The position numbers and the translations under genes are program-made. DNA of 49,018 nt from Campylobacterota bacterium (GTDB taxonomy: Bacteria; Campylobacterota; Campylobacteria; Campylobacterales; Sulfurimonadaceae), in the NCBI GenBank assembly GCA_034717975.1, contig JAYEMF010000029.1, positions 4,982-53,999 of the forward strand, written 5' to 3'. The notes under the pieces were generated by a model. The model was given only the letters and a program-made list of their open reading frames with translations, was not told where the DNA came from and made no database searches. Positions 9,479 to 20,486 of the stretch are shown here, piece by piece. The stretch's first letter is position 1. Each line of letters begins with the position of its first letter.

Positions 9479-10573
9479 ATGCAACCCTATCACCGTTTTC
9501 ATACGATCAATGACGACTTCCGCTCTCCCTATGCCCGTGACCGTGACCGTGTCATTCACTCCGGCAGTTTCCGCAAGCTGGAGTATAAGACGCAGGTCTT
9601 TTTAAATCAGGAGGGTGATTATTTCCGTACCCGTCTGACCCACTCTATCGAGGTGAGTCAGATCGCCCGCTCGATCGCTTCGAACCTTGGACTTGAAGAG
9701 TCTCTGGCGGAAGCGATCGCCCTCTCGCACGATCTGGGGCATACCCCGTTTGGTCATGTCGGCGGCGATACTCTCGATATATGTCTGCGCGAAGCAGGCT
9801 TTGCCAATGGCTTTGAGCACAACTATCAGAGCTTTCGGGTGGTTACCCTCTTGGAGAAGCGCTATCGGGAGTTCAATGGATTAAACCTTACCTTTGCAAC
9901 CCTGGAGGGGATTTTAAAACACTCCTATCCTTACAAAAAGCCATTTTTGAGCGCCAGGATCGATGAGCAGTTTGACCTCTCCAAACACCCTTCCATCGAA
10001 GCGATGGTCGTCGACAGGGCTGATGAGATCGCCTATATGAGCCACGATATCGATGATGGGGTGCACTCCGGCCTGATCAGTTTTGAGACACTGAAAAAGA
10101 GTGCGCTTATCCGGGAGATACTGCAGAAGGTCTATGATGAAGGAATAACGGAGGAGGAGGATGAGATGTTTCGCTACCGTTTCAGCTCCCACTTCATCAA
10201 CCATCTGGTCTATTCGCTTCTGGATTACTCCAAGGGAAAAGTGTCAACCGGAGCTGTTTTGGCTGCGACTGCCGAAGCTTCCGAACCGCTGCCTATCGGT
10301 TTTGATAAAGCTCTTGAGACAGAGATCAAAAAACTGAAAAAGATCCTCTTTCAGGAGCTTTACCAGCATAAGACCATCATGCGGAAGATGTATGCCGGTC
10401 AACAGGCGATCAAGGGGCTTTTCAGTGCGCTGATGGAAGAGCCGAAGATGCTGCCGAAGTATTATGCCAGACAGCTGGAAGAGAGGAACAAACATCGTGT
10501 TATAGCTGATTACATGGCCTCTATGAGTGACAGGTTCGCGATGGAGTTGTTTAGAGAGGTCTACGGGCGTTAG
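9479..10573 (+). CDS. dgt: Deoxyguanosinetriphosphate triphosphohydrolase (HD family)
   Basis: RDRDRVIHS, KTQVF, RTRLTHS, HDLGHTPFGH, ADEIAY..HDIDD. Confidence 0.92.
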   Translation: MQPYHRFHTINDDFRSPYARDRDRVIHSGSFRKLEYKTQVFLNQEGDYFRTRLTHSIEVSQIARSIASNLGLEESLAEAIALSHDLGHTPFGHVGGDTLDICLREAGFANGFEHNYQSFRVVTLLEKRYREFNGLNLTFATLEGILKHSYPYKKPFLSARIDEQFDLSKHPSIEAMVVDRADEIAYMSHDIDDGVHSGLISFETLKKSALIREILQKVYDEGITEEEDEMFRYRFSSHFINHLVYSLLDYSKGKVSTGAVLAATAEASEPLPIGFDKALETEIKKLKKILFQELYQHKTIMRKMYAGQQAIKGLFSALMEEPKMLPKYYARQLEERNKHRVIADYMASMSDRFAMELFREVYGR

Positions 10574-10583
10574 CAGAGGGATT

Positions 10584-10606
10584 GAGTAAGGGACAACTCC
10601 TTACCC
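10584..10606. terminator. Hairpin between convergent dgt and flgE
   Basis: gagtaagg...ccttaccc imperfect inverted repeat. Confidence 0.45.
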
Positions 10607-10618
10607 AAAAAGTATAAT

Positions 10619-12685
10619 CTATCGTTTCAGACCGATAAGTGTCTCAAGCAGAGTATCAGAAGTAGTAATCGTCTTACCGTTCGCCTGATAACCGCGCTGG
10701 ATGATGATGAGCTGTGTCAGTGATTTACTGAGGTCGACATTTGAGGCTTCAAGCGCCGAGGACTGCATGAAACCACGTCCGGCAGTTGCCGCCGTACCGA
10801 CAATCGGGTCACCGGAGTTGGCAGACTGCAGATAGACATTACCGCCATCAGTTACGAGACCTTCGTTATTGGCAAATTTTGCCATGGAGATCTGTGCCAG
10901 ACCGAATGAGCGGCCGTTGGTGAATGAACCGACAAGCGTACCGCTCTGGTCGATACGGATACCGATGAGGTCACCACCCGGGAAACCATCCTGGGAGATA
11001 CCGCTGGTCGCACTTGGTCGGTCGAAACTGGTCAGACCGTCAAAGCCTCCGAATGTTCCCAGGTCGATGATGATCGGCTGATCAGCCTGAGACCCGTTGT
11101 TCCCGGTAAAGGCGAAACTGATATCAGGCGAGTTCAGTGCGCCGGTATCGTCAAAGTTGATCAGCTGTGCCGGGTCGTTAAGTACATTTAGTGGTTCAAC
11201 AGCACTGATAACGCCAGGTTTAGGTACGGTTACCGTATAGACCCACTGCTGGTTATCTGTTTTTCTGAAATCGATCTTGACCGTATGACGGCTACCAAGC
11301 GAGTCGAAGATATCGATACTGCTTGAGTGTGTCGCATGGTTGATCGGCTGTGATGCACTGAAACCGCCAGGGTTAACGGTACGGCTAAGCGGTGCCATCG
11401 CTTCATTGAAATAGATGTTTTCTGCATTATTGGTATCGGTTGCACCGGTTACATTGATACGCATGTCGGTAAAGGCAGAAGATGCGGAGTTCTCAACTCT
11501 GAACTCACCCTGTTGAGTGACAGTGGCCGTAACATCACTGCCGACCCCACCGATAATGTTGGCATCAGTTGCAAGCATGCCGCGAAGATCCTCTACTGTT
11601 CGGAAGGTTTGAATTGGGGCGGCATAGATGGTAGTACCATCATTATAGAGATACTCAACAGCAGTGATATCTTGAGCTACTGCAAGACCGGTATCATCTC
11701 CAGCCCCAACAGCAGTGATATCAATATTTTTTGTTGCTGTAGAAGTTCCGATAGTATTGTCGTTGCTCAAAGATATGACATCTGCGGCATCAGCCGTAGC
11801 CCTTACCCCGGTATCGGTAATAAACTGATTGATAAAGTTGGCCATTTCCTGAGCAGTATTAAAGGTAGTTGCACCACTGTTGATGGGTGTGCCATTGAGA
11901 GTAAAATCGATAGCACCACCAGGGATTGTTGCTGCACCTGGCGCAGTAACAGAAGATGAGGTGTAGCTAATCCATACTCCCTGCCCATTCTCAAGTGCCA
12001 GTGACTGTCCGACTGAGTTAAAGAGGACACCCATATCTTCAGGTACAGGTGGATTGATAGTGATAACATTGTCGCTTGAATCCAGTGGATCTCCGTTTTC
12101 GTCAATAGCAAAGGTAGGGGCGTACTGCTCGACCAGCGGACCGGAGTTGAGGTTGGCTTTAAGGTCGATCTCTGATGTTGCCTGTGCCGGTGTAGTCAGT
12201 CCCGGCGGGATCTGGATATCTGCGATCGGGGCGGTAGCATCAACCAGGCCGGTAGTTTCGTCGCGCATCCATCCCTGTACGACAAAACCGTTATTGTCTA
12301 CAAAGTTACCCAGTGCATCAAACTTGAAGTCACCTGAGCGGGAGTATTTGTAAGTGTTTCCGCCATCGGAGCTGACGATGAAAAAACCATCACCCTGAAT
12401 GGCGACATCGGTGTTTTTGTCAGTATTCTGGATGGAACCCTGTGAATGGATACGGGTGACCGAGTCGATCGTCGTACCAAGACCGACCTGCAAAGCATTC
12501 TTACCGCCAATGTCCCCTTGAGGCGCGGTAGCAATCTTGCTGGTCTGTGCCAGAAGGTCAGAGAAGTTGGCTCGTGAGTATTTAAAACCGATCGTATTAA
12601 CGTTCGCAATATTGTTTGACTCGACGTCCATCGCAATCTGGTGGGATTGCAAGCCGGTAACGCCGGAAAAAAGTGATTTTAACAT
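10619..12685 (-). CDS. flgE: Flagellar hook protein FlgE (long form)
   Basis: MLKSLFSGVTGL...NNIANVNT N-terminus; LEASNVDLS...QRGYQAN C-terminus; 688 aa. Confidence 0.93.
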   Translation of the reverse strand: MLKSLFSGVTGLQSHQIAMDVESNNIANVNTIGFKYSRANFSDLLAQTSKIATAPQGDIGGKNALQVGLGTTIDSVTRIHSQGSIQNTDKNTDVAIQGDGFFIVSSDGGNTYKYSRSGDFKFDALGNFVDNNGFVVQGWMRDETTGLVDATAPIADIQIPPGLTTPAQATSEIDLKANLNSGPLVEQYAPTFAIDENGDPLDSSDNVITINPPVPEDMGVLFNSVGQSLALENGQGVWISYTSSSVTAPGAATIPGGAIDFTLNGTPINSGATTFNTAQEMANFINQFITDTGVRATADAADVISLSNDNTIGTSTATKNIDITAVGAGDDTGLAVAQDITAVEYLYNDGTTIYAAPIQTFRTVEDLRGMLATDANIIGGVGSDVTATVTQQGEFRVENSASSAFTDMRINVTGATDTNNAENIYFNEAMAPLSRTVNPGGFSASQPINHATHSSSIDIFDSLGSRHTVKIDFRKTDNQQWVYTVTVPKPGVISAVEPLNVLNDPAQLINFDDTGALNSPDISFAFTGNNGSQADQPIIIDLGTFGGFDGLTSFDRPSATSGISQDGFPGGDLIGIRIDQSGTLVGSFTNGRSFGLAQISMAKFANNEGLVTDGGNVYLQSANSGDPIVGTAATAGRGFMQSSALEASNVDLSKSLTQLIIIQRGYQANGKTITTSDTLLETLIGLKR

Positions 12686-12717
12686 GGTGAATCCTTTTTT
12701 ATCTAGTAAAGATAGTA

Positions 12718-12733
12718 AGCAAAGAACGTACCA
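12718..12733 (-). promoter_or_regulatory. Sigma-54 promoter of flgE
   Basis: Minus strand TGGTAC-N5-TTGCT matches the -24/-12 consensus. Confidence 0.8.
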
Positions 12734-12857
12734 GATTTAATTTTTAGTTATAAATTTTGAATTTTTAATTGAAAGGGGAGCAAAATCCTGCAAAGGATTG
12801 AAGTCAGAATTTAAAATTAAGCATTAAAAATTAACATTGTACTGCCATAGGCAGTAC

Positions 12858-14111
12858 TTACATCTGTAGCGCTTTTTGTATCAGTTCGTCACTGGTAGTG
12901 ATGCTTTTTGCATTGGCATCATAGGAGCGTTGCATGATGATGAGCTCAGTCAGTCCTACTTCCAGGCGGACATTGGAATTTTCGAGCATACCGGTAAGGA
13001 TGGCTGTCCCGTTAATCGGGTTACCATTGGCATCGGTATAAAAAATCGGATCTCCGCTGTTTTCACTCTCTTGGAAGCGGGTACCGCTGGTACGTTCAAG
13101 TCCCTGGTCATTTTGGAAATGAAAAACAGCCATCTTGCCGACGGCACTGCTGCGTCCATTGGAAAAAGCGGCGATAACATCGGCATTTTGGTTGATCGTA
13201 TAACCGACAAGTTCACCGCCTTCATGACCGTCTGATGAAGATGAAAGGGCAGCTGTCGCATCGCTGCCAGTGGACATGACTCCATTGAAACCTGTCCCAA
13301 GATCAATAGCTACAGGGGCACCGTCATTGTCCAATGAAGGCATGGTATAGTTTACCATGGCGCCTATCTCATTAAACAGGGCTGAACCGGTCTGCGTGTC
13401 ATAGGTAATGGTGCCATCATTGTTGGTGACGGTTCCTACAATGTCCCACGCCGTTCCCGATGGTGGCTGCGTGGCGCTTTGTGTGAAATCAAGCCGAATC
13501 CGGTTGTGCGCGCTGTTGGGTGAAATGGCAGTTGCACTGACAGCAACGGGAATATCATCGACCCCAAGATCACCGAAAAACTGTGCCTGTGTCGTTGGTT
13601 GAACGGGATAGGTCATTTCAAGGGGGAAGTTGAGTGGTCCCTGAGCGACGACATCACCCAGTGGAATACTCTCCAAAGGTTCTGTCAAAACATCATCGGC
13701 GAAGTTGGTGCCTAATGTCCCAAGGGCATGAAAGCCATCCTGTGTGACAAGGTCGCGGTTACTGTCAAAGGTGAAGTCCCCGGCGCGCGTATAGTAGATT
13801 TCATTCATCCCGCTAATGCCAAACCACCCCTCTCCGTCTATGGCAAGATCGGTTGTACGGTCACCTTGAATGAGTGTCCCCATCTGCTCCATCATTGAGG
13901 TGGCCTGTACGCGAGAACCGACACCAAAGGTATCTTCTGTCGGACCATTGGCTGCCGCTGCGGTCAAATTTTTTTCAAAGAGTGAAGCAAACTCAGTCTG
14001 GCTGCCACGGTAACCGATGGAGTTGACATTGGCAAGATTATCAGAAATGACATCGATACCATATTGGGTTGACTGCATGCCGTTAATGCCGGTATAAAAT
14101 CCCTGATTCAC
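12858..14111 (-). CDS. flgE: Second, shorter flagellar hook/basal-body protein (FlgE family)
   Basis: NLANVN, DLAIDGEGWF, YTRAGDF, LENSNV...QRSYDANAK; follows flgD. Confidence 0.85.
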   Translation of the reverse strand: MNQGFYTGINGMQSTQYGIDVISDNLANVNSIGYRGSQTEFASLFEKNLTAAAANGPTEDTFGVGSRVQATSMMEQMGTLIQGDRTTDLAIDGEGWFGISGMNEIYYTRAGDFTFDSNRDLVTQDGFHALGTLGTNFADDVLTEPLESIPLGDVVAQGPLNFPLEMTYPVQPTTQAQFFGDLGVDDIPVAVSATAISPNSAHNRIRLDFTQSATQPPSGTAWDIVGTVTNNDGTITYDTQTGSALFNEIGAMVNYTMPSLDNDGAPVAIDLGTGFNGVMSTGSDATAALSSSSDGHEGGELVGYTINQNADVIAAFSNGRSSAVGKMAVFHFQNDQGLERTSGTRFQESENSGDPIFYTDANGNPINGTAILTGMLENSNVRLEVGLTELIIMQRSYDANAKSITTSDELIQKALQM

Positions 14112-14121
14112 TGTTCAGCCT

Positions 14122-14787
14122 TTATTCGTAGATCTCTTTGAGTTCTGAAAATGGCACATAGGAGGAGCCGAGTTTTACAAGGGCCTCTCCCTCTTCAAAT
14201 CGAACCGATTCAATCGGGTAGGCACCCATACGGGTTGTCTGAGACATACTGTCTCTATCCGTATAACTCGCTTCAACATAGTAAAAGCCCTCTTCCATTG
14301 AATTTCCTTGACTATCGCGGCCATCCCACTCAAAAGCATAGACACCTTTGTCGTTCTCAGTGACCGGAATGGTGCTGACAGTATTGCCGTTTTGATCAAG
14401 GATGTTGATCGTACCGCTTTGCACGTCATGAGGGAAGTAGAGCTCGAAATTTGCACCGCCATTCTCTTCGATCACGATGGCATTGCTGCCGGTATCAGCA
14501 GTCTTGCCGATAGCGGCAATGGTGGAGAACTGCATATTGTTCTGCAGTGATGCAGCCAGTCCCTCTAACGCTTTGTTAGTGTTTTCAGAGGCTTCGAGTG
14601 TCGCTAACTGCGAGGTCTGTGAAAGAATCTTTTCACTGTCCATCGGCTCTGTCGGATCCTGGTACTTCAATTCGGTTAGAAGAAGCATTAGGAAGTCATC
14701 TTTACCTAAAATACCTTTGGGATTGGTTCCGGCAGGTGCATCGACAAGTGTGGTTCCGGTGGCTGCTGTTGTATTTGTAACTTCCAT
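14122..14787 (-). CDS. flgD: Flagellar hook capping protein FlgD
   Basis: LGKDDFLMLLLTELKYQDPTEPMD. Confidence 0.93.
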   Translation of the reverse strand: MEVTNTTAATGTTLVDAPAGTNPKGILGKDDFLMLLLTELKYQDPTEPMDSEKILSQTSQLATLEASENTNKALEGLAASLQNNMQFSTIAAIGKTADTGSNAIVIEENGGANFELYFPHDVQSGTINILDQNGNTVSTIPVTENDKGVYAFEWDGRDSQGNSMEEGFYYVEASYTDRDSMSQTTRMGAYPIESVRFEEGEALVKLGSSYVPFSELKEIYE

Positions 14788-14797
14788 AATTTATCCT

Positions 14798-16504
14798 TTA
14801 TACGTATCTAGGTACGATTATTTCGAGGCTTTCGAGCAGATCAAACTCTTCACTGTTCTCAAACTGTTCATAGAGCTCCGCGAGGTGCTGGCGCTGTTGC
14901 TGTTGCTGCTGTTCCGGATTGGAACTGCTGTTGAAGTTCATGGTCGCGTTGTTCAGTCCATTCTGGGCAAGCTGTGTACGCAGTTCCGTTGCATTGTTCG
15001 CCAGCAGGTTGACCGCTGCAGAGTTGGAGCTGATGTTGATGTGGACATTATTGCCACGCTGTACCATAGTGACATCGACTTCACCCAGTTTGACGGGATT
15101 AAGCTGCATTTTGATGCGGGTAAAGGGCGGCTTGTAGTTCTGGATCGCCTCTTTGATCTCTCCGGCAAAATGGCGGACCATCTGTTTGGCTTCGTTTATC
15201 TTTAGTTCGAGACCGTCACTTTTTGCCTGGATGGTTGCCGTTTGAGCCGGTTTGGCCGTCTCTACTGAACGGTTTTCCGACTCGCTTTGCTGTGTCCCCT
15301 CGGTAACATCACCTTGCAGGAGCTTGGTAAGTGAGGCGGCAAAGTCTGGTTTTTGAGCAGCGTTTTTAGGCACCTCTTCTATTGCTGTTTCAGAGGGGAG
15401 GGAGGCAGTTGGCTGTTCACCGGATTTGGCACCGTTATGTTTGGCGGTATCGGTTTTGGCTTCTGTCTGGATGAGTGGCTGTTCTGTCTTGCTTGCAGAA
15501 GTCTCCTGTTTGGCTTCAGACTTGACCGGTTCGGTTTGAACTGCTGATTTGATAATAGCTGGCTCAGCTCGATTCTCAGACTTTAAACTGGTCTGTTCGG
15601 CTCTGTTTTCAGACTTTAAACTGGCCTGTTCAGGTTTTTGAAAAACCTGTTCACTCCGGTTCTCACCGCGAAGTTGAGGCTGTGCAGGTTTGTCGGTTTG
15701 GATATTCTCTTTGAGTGGTGCTGCTTCAGGCTTGCCCGCCGGCTCCTCTTTTTGCAGTAAAGTACGCAGTGGCTGAGACTCTTTTTTGCTTTCACTGTTC
15801 TCAGGTTGTTGCGTCTGTTTACTTTGGACCAGCTCTTCAGTAGGAATATTTTTTATTCCAGTGTGCCGATCTTTGGGCTCCGCCAAGAGAGGCTGAACTT
15901 TTACCGATTCGTTTTTAGGAAGATCTTTAGCCGATTTGCTGTTGCCTGGCTCTTGTTTGGACTGAGCCTGTTCCAGGGTGATCTTGGTGATATCGATCCC
16001 CTTTTTCTCCGCCAGCAGGACAAGGCCTTTAAGCGTTTTAGGCAGTTCTTTCTCTTCTACCAGATCACTTAGCTGGGTTTTGAGATAGGTTTTGGCATCT
16101 TCTATCAGTTCCCGAACAGCTTTAACCGGCATTTGAGGTGTGAGCTTTGGATGAAGCATCTTTATCTCTTCAAGCTCCTCTTTACTCAGATTCGGCTCCT
16201 CATCTCCATGCAGGAGCGTCAGGACAGATTCATCTGTCTTCCCGGTTTTAACTGCTTTAGGATCTATCTCATCATCCAGTTTCAGCAGAAGTCCCGGAGC
16301 GATTTTTGTATCTTGCTGTTTGCCCTCATTGGCAAGCAGCAGAGCAAGCTCCTCTTTTGAAAGGCCTTTGCCTCCTCCAAGGGAGAGTGATAACTCTTTT
16401 AAGATCTTGCCGAAGGTTTCGGAATCTACAGGATCCGTTTTTCCCATCAGGAGTTGCGACAGTGCCGCTTTGGCATCTTTTGGCGGTGTATCAAGTAGTA
16501 TCAC
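14798..16504 (-). CDS. fliK: Flagellar hook-length control protein FliK
   Basis: Low-complexity middle; C-terminal YKPP...LNPVKLGEVDV domain; upstream of flgD; start placed at GTG 16504 after AAGGAG. Confidence 0.88.
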   Translation of the reverse strand: MILLDTPPKDAKAALSQLLMGKTDPVDSETFGKILKELSLSLGGGKGLSKEELALLLANEGKQQDTKIAPGLLLKLDDEIDPKAVKTGKTDESVLTLLHGDEEPNLSKEELEEIKMLHPKLTPQMPVKAVRELIEDAKTYLKTQLSDLVEEKELPKTLKGLVLLAEKKGIDITKITLEQAQSKQEPGNSKSAKDLPKNESVKVQPLLAEPKDRHTGIKNIPTEELVQSKQTQQPENSESKKESQPLRTLLQKEEPAGKPEAAPLKENIQTDKPAQPQLRGENRSEQVFQKPEQASLKSENRAEQTSLKSENRAEPAIIKSAVQTEPVKSEAKQETSASKTEQPLIQTEAKTDTAKHNGAKSGEQPTASLPSETAIEEVPKNAAQKPDFAASLTKLLQGDVTEGTQQSESENRSVETAKPAQTATIQAKSDGLELKINEAKQMVRHFAGEIKEAIQNYKPPFTRIKMQLNPVKLGEVDVTMVQRGNNVHINISSNSAAVNLLANNATELRTQLAQNGLNNATMNFNSSSNPEQQQQQQRQHLAELYEQFENSEEFDLLESLEIIVPRYV

Positions 16505-16558
16505 AACACGCTCCTTCACCCGAATATGCGGGCTTTTGATAATATAGTAAGAAAATCA

Positions 16559-16574
16559 AGCAACTATCATTCCA
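16559..16574 (-). promoter_or_regulatory. Sigma-54 promoter of fliK-flgD-flgE
   Basis: Minus strand TGGAAT-N5-TTGCT. Confidence 0.75.
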
Positions 16575-16759
16575 AATAAGTGTGATTAGTGGAAAAGCAT
16601 ACTCGAAACCGCTAGCCTTTGTAGAGTGAAAAACTAACTAAACGCAACACTGTTGATACTAAGAGAATGCTACTTGCCATCACTAACTTCATCTTTACTC
16701 ATTTTTGGGTATAATCGCGAAATTATTTCAGGGCATAGACCCTATGAGAAGGAAATCCC

Positions 16760-18568
16760 TTGCAAAATATTAGAAACATTGCCGTTATTGCACACGTTGA
16801 CCACGGTAAAACAACATTGGTGGATGGTCTGTTAACCCAATCCGGCACATTCGGCTCGCATGAGCATCATGATGAGCGTGCGATGGACAGCAACGATCTT
16901 GAAAAAGAGCGTGGGATCACGATTCTTTCAAAAAACACGGCTATCCGCTACAAAGATCACAAGGTCAATATCATCGATACTCCGGGTCACGCCGACTTTG
17001 GTGGTGAGGTTGAGCGTGTTTTGAAAATGGTAGACGGTGTTTTACTGCTCGTCGATGCCTATGAGGGTGTTATGCCGCAGACCAAGTTTGTCGTTAAGAA
17101 GATGATCGCACTGGGTAAAAAACCGATCGTTGTGATCAACAAGATCGATAAGCCTTCAGCTGATCCGGAGCGTGTTGTCGATGAAGTCTTTGACCTCTTC
17201 GTTGCGATGGATGCCGATGAAGATCAGCTTGACTTCCCGATCGTTTACGCTGCAGCGCGTGACGGTATCGCGAAGATGGATATGGCGGATGAAGACGGCA
17301 ACTTCGAGTGTCTTTTCGAAGCGATCGTTAACGATATCCCTGTCCCGGACGGTGATGCAGATAATCCTGCTCAGGCACAGGTCTTTACACTTGATTATGA
17401 CAACTACGTCGGTAAGATCGGTATTGCCCGTATCTTCAATGGTACGATCAACAAGGGCGATAATGTCATGTTGGCGAAAGCTGATGGTGAACAGGTCAAA
17501 GGACGTATCTCAAAGCTTATCGGTTTCCATGGCCTTAACCGTATGGAGATCGATCAGGCAGAAGCGGGTGATATCATTGCATTCGCCGGCCTTGAAACCG
17601 TTGACGTAGGTGACTCGGTTGTTGACCCTAACAACCCGATGCCGCTAGACCCAATGCACATTGAAGAGCCGACACTGACCGTTGTCTTCTCGGTTAATGA
17701 TTCACCGTTGGCAGGTACGGAAGGCAAGCACGTAACGTCTAACAAGCTGAAAGACCGCCTTGAGTCGGAGATGCAGACAAATGTTGCTATGAGCCTGGAA
17801 GTTGTCGGTGAAGGTAAGTTCAAAGTTTCCGGACGTGGTGAGCTACAGATCACTGTACTGGCAGAAAATATGCGCCGTGAAAATTTTGAATTCGGTATCT
17901 CACGTCCTGAGGTTATCGTCAAAGAGATCGAAGGTGTCAAGTGTGAACCGTTCGAGCACCTGGTTATCGATGTACCTGAAGATCTTTCAGGAAGCGTTAT
18001 TGAGCGTCTTGGTAAGCGTAAAGCAGAGATGAAAGCAATGACACCGATGGGTGAAGGGTTTACCCGTATCGAGTTCGAGATCCCGGCACGCGGTCTCATC
18101 GGTTTCCGTGGCCAGTTCCTCACCGATACGAAGGGTGAAGGGGTGATGAACCACTCATTCATGGAATTCCGTCCATACTCCGGAACTGTTGAGTCACGCC
18201 AGTACGGGGCATTGATCTCGACTGAGAACGGTACGGCTATGGCCTACTCACTCTTCAACCTTCAAGATCGCGGTGTCCTTTTCCTCAACCCGCAGGATAA
18301 AGTTTATGAAGGAATGGTTCTTGGCGAGCACTCCCGTTCTAACGACCTCTCTGTCAACCCGATCAAGGGTAAAGCGCAGTCAAATGTCCGTTCATCGGGT
18401 GCAGACGAAGCGATCAAACTGGTTCCGCCACGCGATATGAATCTTGAGAAAGCACTGGAGTGGATCGAAGACGATGAGCTGCTTGAAGTCACACCGGAAA
18501 ACATCCGTATCCGTAAACGTTACCTCTCAGAGAATGAGCGCAAGCGTTACGAACGTGGAAGAAAATAG
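16760..18568 (+). CDS. typA: Translational GTPase TypA/BipA
   Basis: [36 protein letters not shown]. Confidence 0.97.
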   Translation: MQNIRNIAVIAHVDHGKTTLVDGLLTQSGTFGSHEHHDERAMDSNDLEKERGITILSKNTAIRYKDHKVNIIDTPGHADFGGEVERVLKMVDGVLLLVDAYEGVMPQTKFVVKKMIALGKKPIVVINKIDKPSADPERVVDEVFDLFVAMDADEDQLDFPIVYAAARDGIAKMDMADEDGNFECLFEAIVNDIPVPDGDADNPAQAQVFTLDYDNYVGKIGIARIFNGTINKGDNVMLAKADGEQVKGRISKLIGFHGLNRMEIDQAEAGDIIAFAGLETVDVGDSVVDPNNPMPLDPMHIEEPTLTVVFSVNDSPLAGTEGKHVTSNKLKDRLESEMQTNVAMSLEVVGEGKFKVSGRGELQITVLAENMRRENFEFGISRPEVIVKEIEGVKCEPFEHLVIDVPEDLSGSVIERLGKRKAEMKAMTPMGEGFTRIEFEIPARGLIGFRGQFLTDTKGEGVMNHSFMEFRPYSGTVESRQYGALISTENGTAMAYSLFNLQDRGVLFLNPQDKVYEGMVLGEHSRSNDLSVNPIKGKAQSNVRSSGADEAIKLVPPRDMNLEKALEWIEDDELLEVTPENIRIRKRYLSENERKRYERGRK

Positions 18569-18696
18569 TCGTTATTTAACGACAATTTTTCTCCTTAGGG
18601 CTTCGCCCAATCTTTAAAAACTTTCTTCTTATTTAATCAGTAACAAACCTCTTTTTAGTCATAATCAACTACTTATTTTTACACAGGCTTGTCCCC

Positions 18697-19719
18697 ATGA
18701 ACAGAAAAAAAATCTATAATCCGGAATCCCAAGAACATGTCAACGACCGTCAGATCTTCGGCGGTGATCCAACGGGTATTTTCGAGCTGAACAACATCAA
18801 ATACCAGTGGGCCTATAACCTTTGGGAGATGATGCTGAACAACACATGGTTCCCAAAAGAGGTCGATATGACCCGCGATGTAACCGACTATAAAAACCTT
18901 ACCGAGACAGAAAAAGCGGCGTACGACAAGGCGCTTGCCCAGCTGATCTTTATGGACTCCCTTCAGACGAACAACCTGATCGATAATGTCAATCCATATG
19001 TCACCTCACCGGAGATCAACCTGATCCTGGTGCGTCAGTCGTTTGAAGAGGCACTGCATTCACAAAGTTATGCCGTTATGGTCGACTCTATCTCTCAAAA
19101 CAGTGAAGAGATCTATGAGCTGTGGCGCACCGATATGATGCTCAAACAGAAAAATGATGCGATTGCGGCAGTTTATGACAACCTGGCACATGATCCGACC
19201 GAGCATAACTTCGTTAAAGCCTGTTTTGCCAACCAGATCCTTGAAGGTATCTACTTCTACAGCGGGTTTGCCTACATCTATACGCTGGCACGTTCAGGTA
19301 AGATGCTGGGCTCTGCGCAGATGATCCGTTTTATCCAGCGTGACGAAGTGACCCACCTTACCCTCTTTCAAAACCTCATCAATACGCTTAGACGCGAACG
19401 TCCCGACCTCTTTACGGAACAGCTGAAAGAGGAAGTGATCGAGATGTTCAAGAAAGCGGTTGAACTTGAAACCATGTGGGGTCAGTATATCACTCAGGGA
19501 CAGATACTTGGTCTCACCGATGAGATCGTAGGGCAGTACATACAGTATCTGGCCGATGACCGTCTGACCTCTGTCGGATTTGAACCGCTCTACAATGTCG
19601 AACACCCTATCAAATGGGTCGATGATTTTGCCAAGTTCAATGACCAGAAAACGAACTTTTTTGAAGGTACGGTTACGAACTATTCCAAAGGAAGCCTTAG
19701 CTTCGACGAAGACTGGTAG
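18697..19719 (+). CDS. nrdB: Ribonucleotide reductase class I beta subunit
   Basis: [34 protein letters not shown]. Confidence 0.95.
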   Translation: MNRKKIYNPESQEHVNDRQIFGGDPTGIFELNNIKYQWAYNLWEMMLNNTWFPKEVDMTRDVTDYKNLTETEKAAYDKALAQLIFMDSLQTNNLIDNVNPYVTSPEINLILVRQSFEEALHSQSYAVMVDSISQNSEEIYELWRTDMMLKQKNDAIAAVYDNLAHDPTEHNFVKACFANQILEGIYFYSGFAYIYTLARSGKMLGSAQMIRFIQRDEVTHLTLFQNLINTLRRERPDLFTEQLKEEVIEMFKKAVELETMWGQYITQGQILGLTDEIVGQYIQYLADDRLTSVGFEPLYNVEHPIKWVDDFAKFNDQKTNFFEGTVTNYSKGSLSFDEDW

Positions 19720-19724
19720 TCGTA

Positions 19725-20486
19725 ATGGGGAAGAGGGAAGAGGAAAGAGGAAAGAGAGAAAATAGTCGACCTCTCGCCTCGCTCCGCTTTGCAACGACTT
19801 CTGACTACAACGAGAACCTCTCCACCCTTATCGAACTTATCGAACAGACACCTGTCAATGCCATTGTCGTAGCACCGGAAGTCTGCCTGACAAATTTTGA
19901 TTATGACAATTTTGATGCTGCTGCCGACTTTACATCAGAGGCGTTGGATGCTCTATTCGGTATTTTGGGTGAGAGGACACTCATCATTACGCTGATCGAG
20001 CAGCGAAGTGACGGCATCTATAATGTGGCAAAGGTGCTTCAAAGAGGTAAAGTCATTCATGAGCAGGCTAAAGCGCATCTTTTCGCGTTCGGCGGTGAAC
20101 ATGACTACTTCAGCGAAGGGAGTGATGACGAGATTGTCCTCTTTGATGTCGATGGCATCAGAATGGGTATCGTTATCTGTTTTGAACTGCGCTTCAAAGA
20201 GCTCTGGAAGAAGCTGGAGGGTGCCGATCTCATTGCCATCCCTGCACAGTGGGGGAAATTGCGCTCAGACAACTTTGTAACCCTGACAGAAGCCATCGCA
20301 ATCATCAATCAGTGCTATGTCGTTGCCAGTGATACTTCAAATGAGGAGATGACCGGCCAGTCCGGTATCATCACACCGTTCGGAGTCACCACCCGCAATG
20401 GGAACAAGCCTTGCTTAACGCTTCCATATGATCAAAAAGAGGTGCGCAAGATGCGCCGTTACATGGATGTAGGTATTGCTCAGTAA
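19725..20486 (+). CDS. Carbon-nitrogen hydrolase (nitrilase family)
   Basis: APEVCLT, KAHLF, ICFELRF (Glu-Lys-Cys triad); N-terminus formed by purine repeats, so the start is uncertain. Confidence 0.85.
   Translation: MGKREEERGKRENSRPLASLRFATTSDYNENLSTLIELIEQTPVNAIVVAPEVCLTNFDYDNFDAAADFTSEALDALFGILGERTLIITLIEQRSDGIYNVAKVLQRGKVIHEQAKAHLFAFGGEHDYFSEGSDDEIVLFDVDGIRMGIVICFELRFKELWKKLEGADLIAIPAQWGKLRSDNFVTLTEAIAIINQCYVVASDTSNEEMTGQSGIITPFGVTTRNGNKPCLTLPYDQKEVRKMRRYMDVGIAQ

Noticed and set aside
14477..15205. Long antisense or alternative-frame ORFs (also 17554-18162, 24795-25463 and others)
   Set aside because: They are shadows of well-supported genes on the opposite strand with no recognisable motifs.
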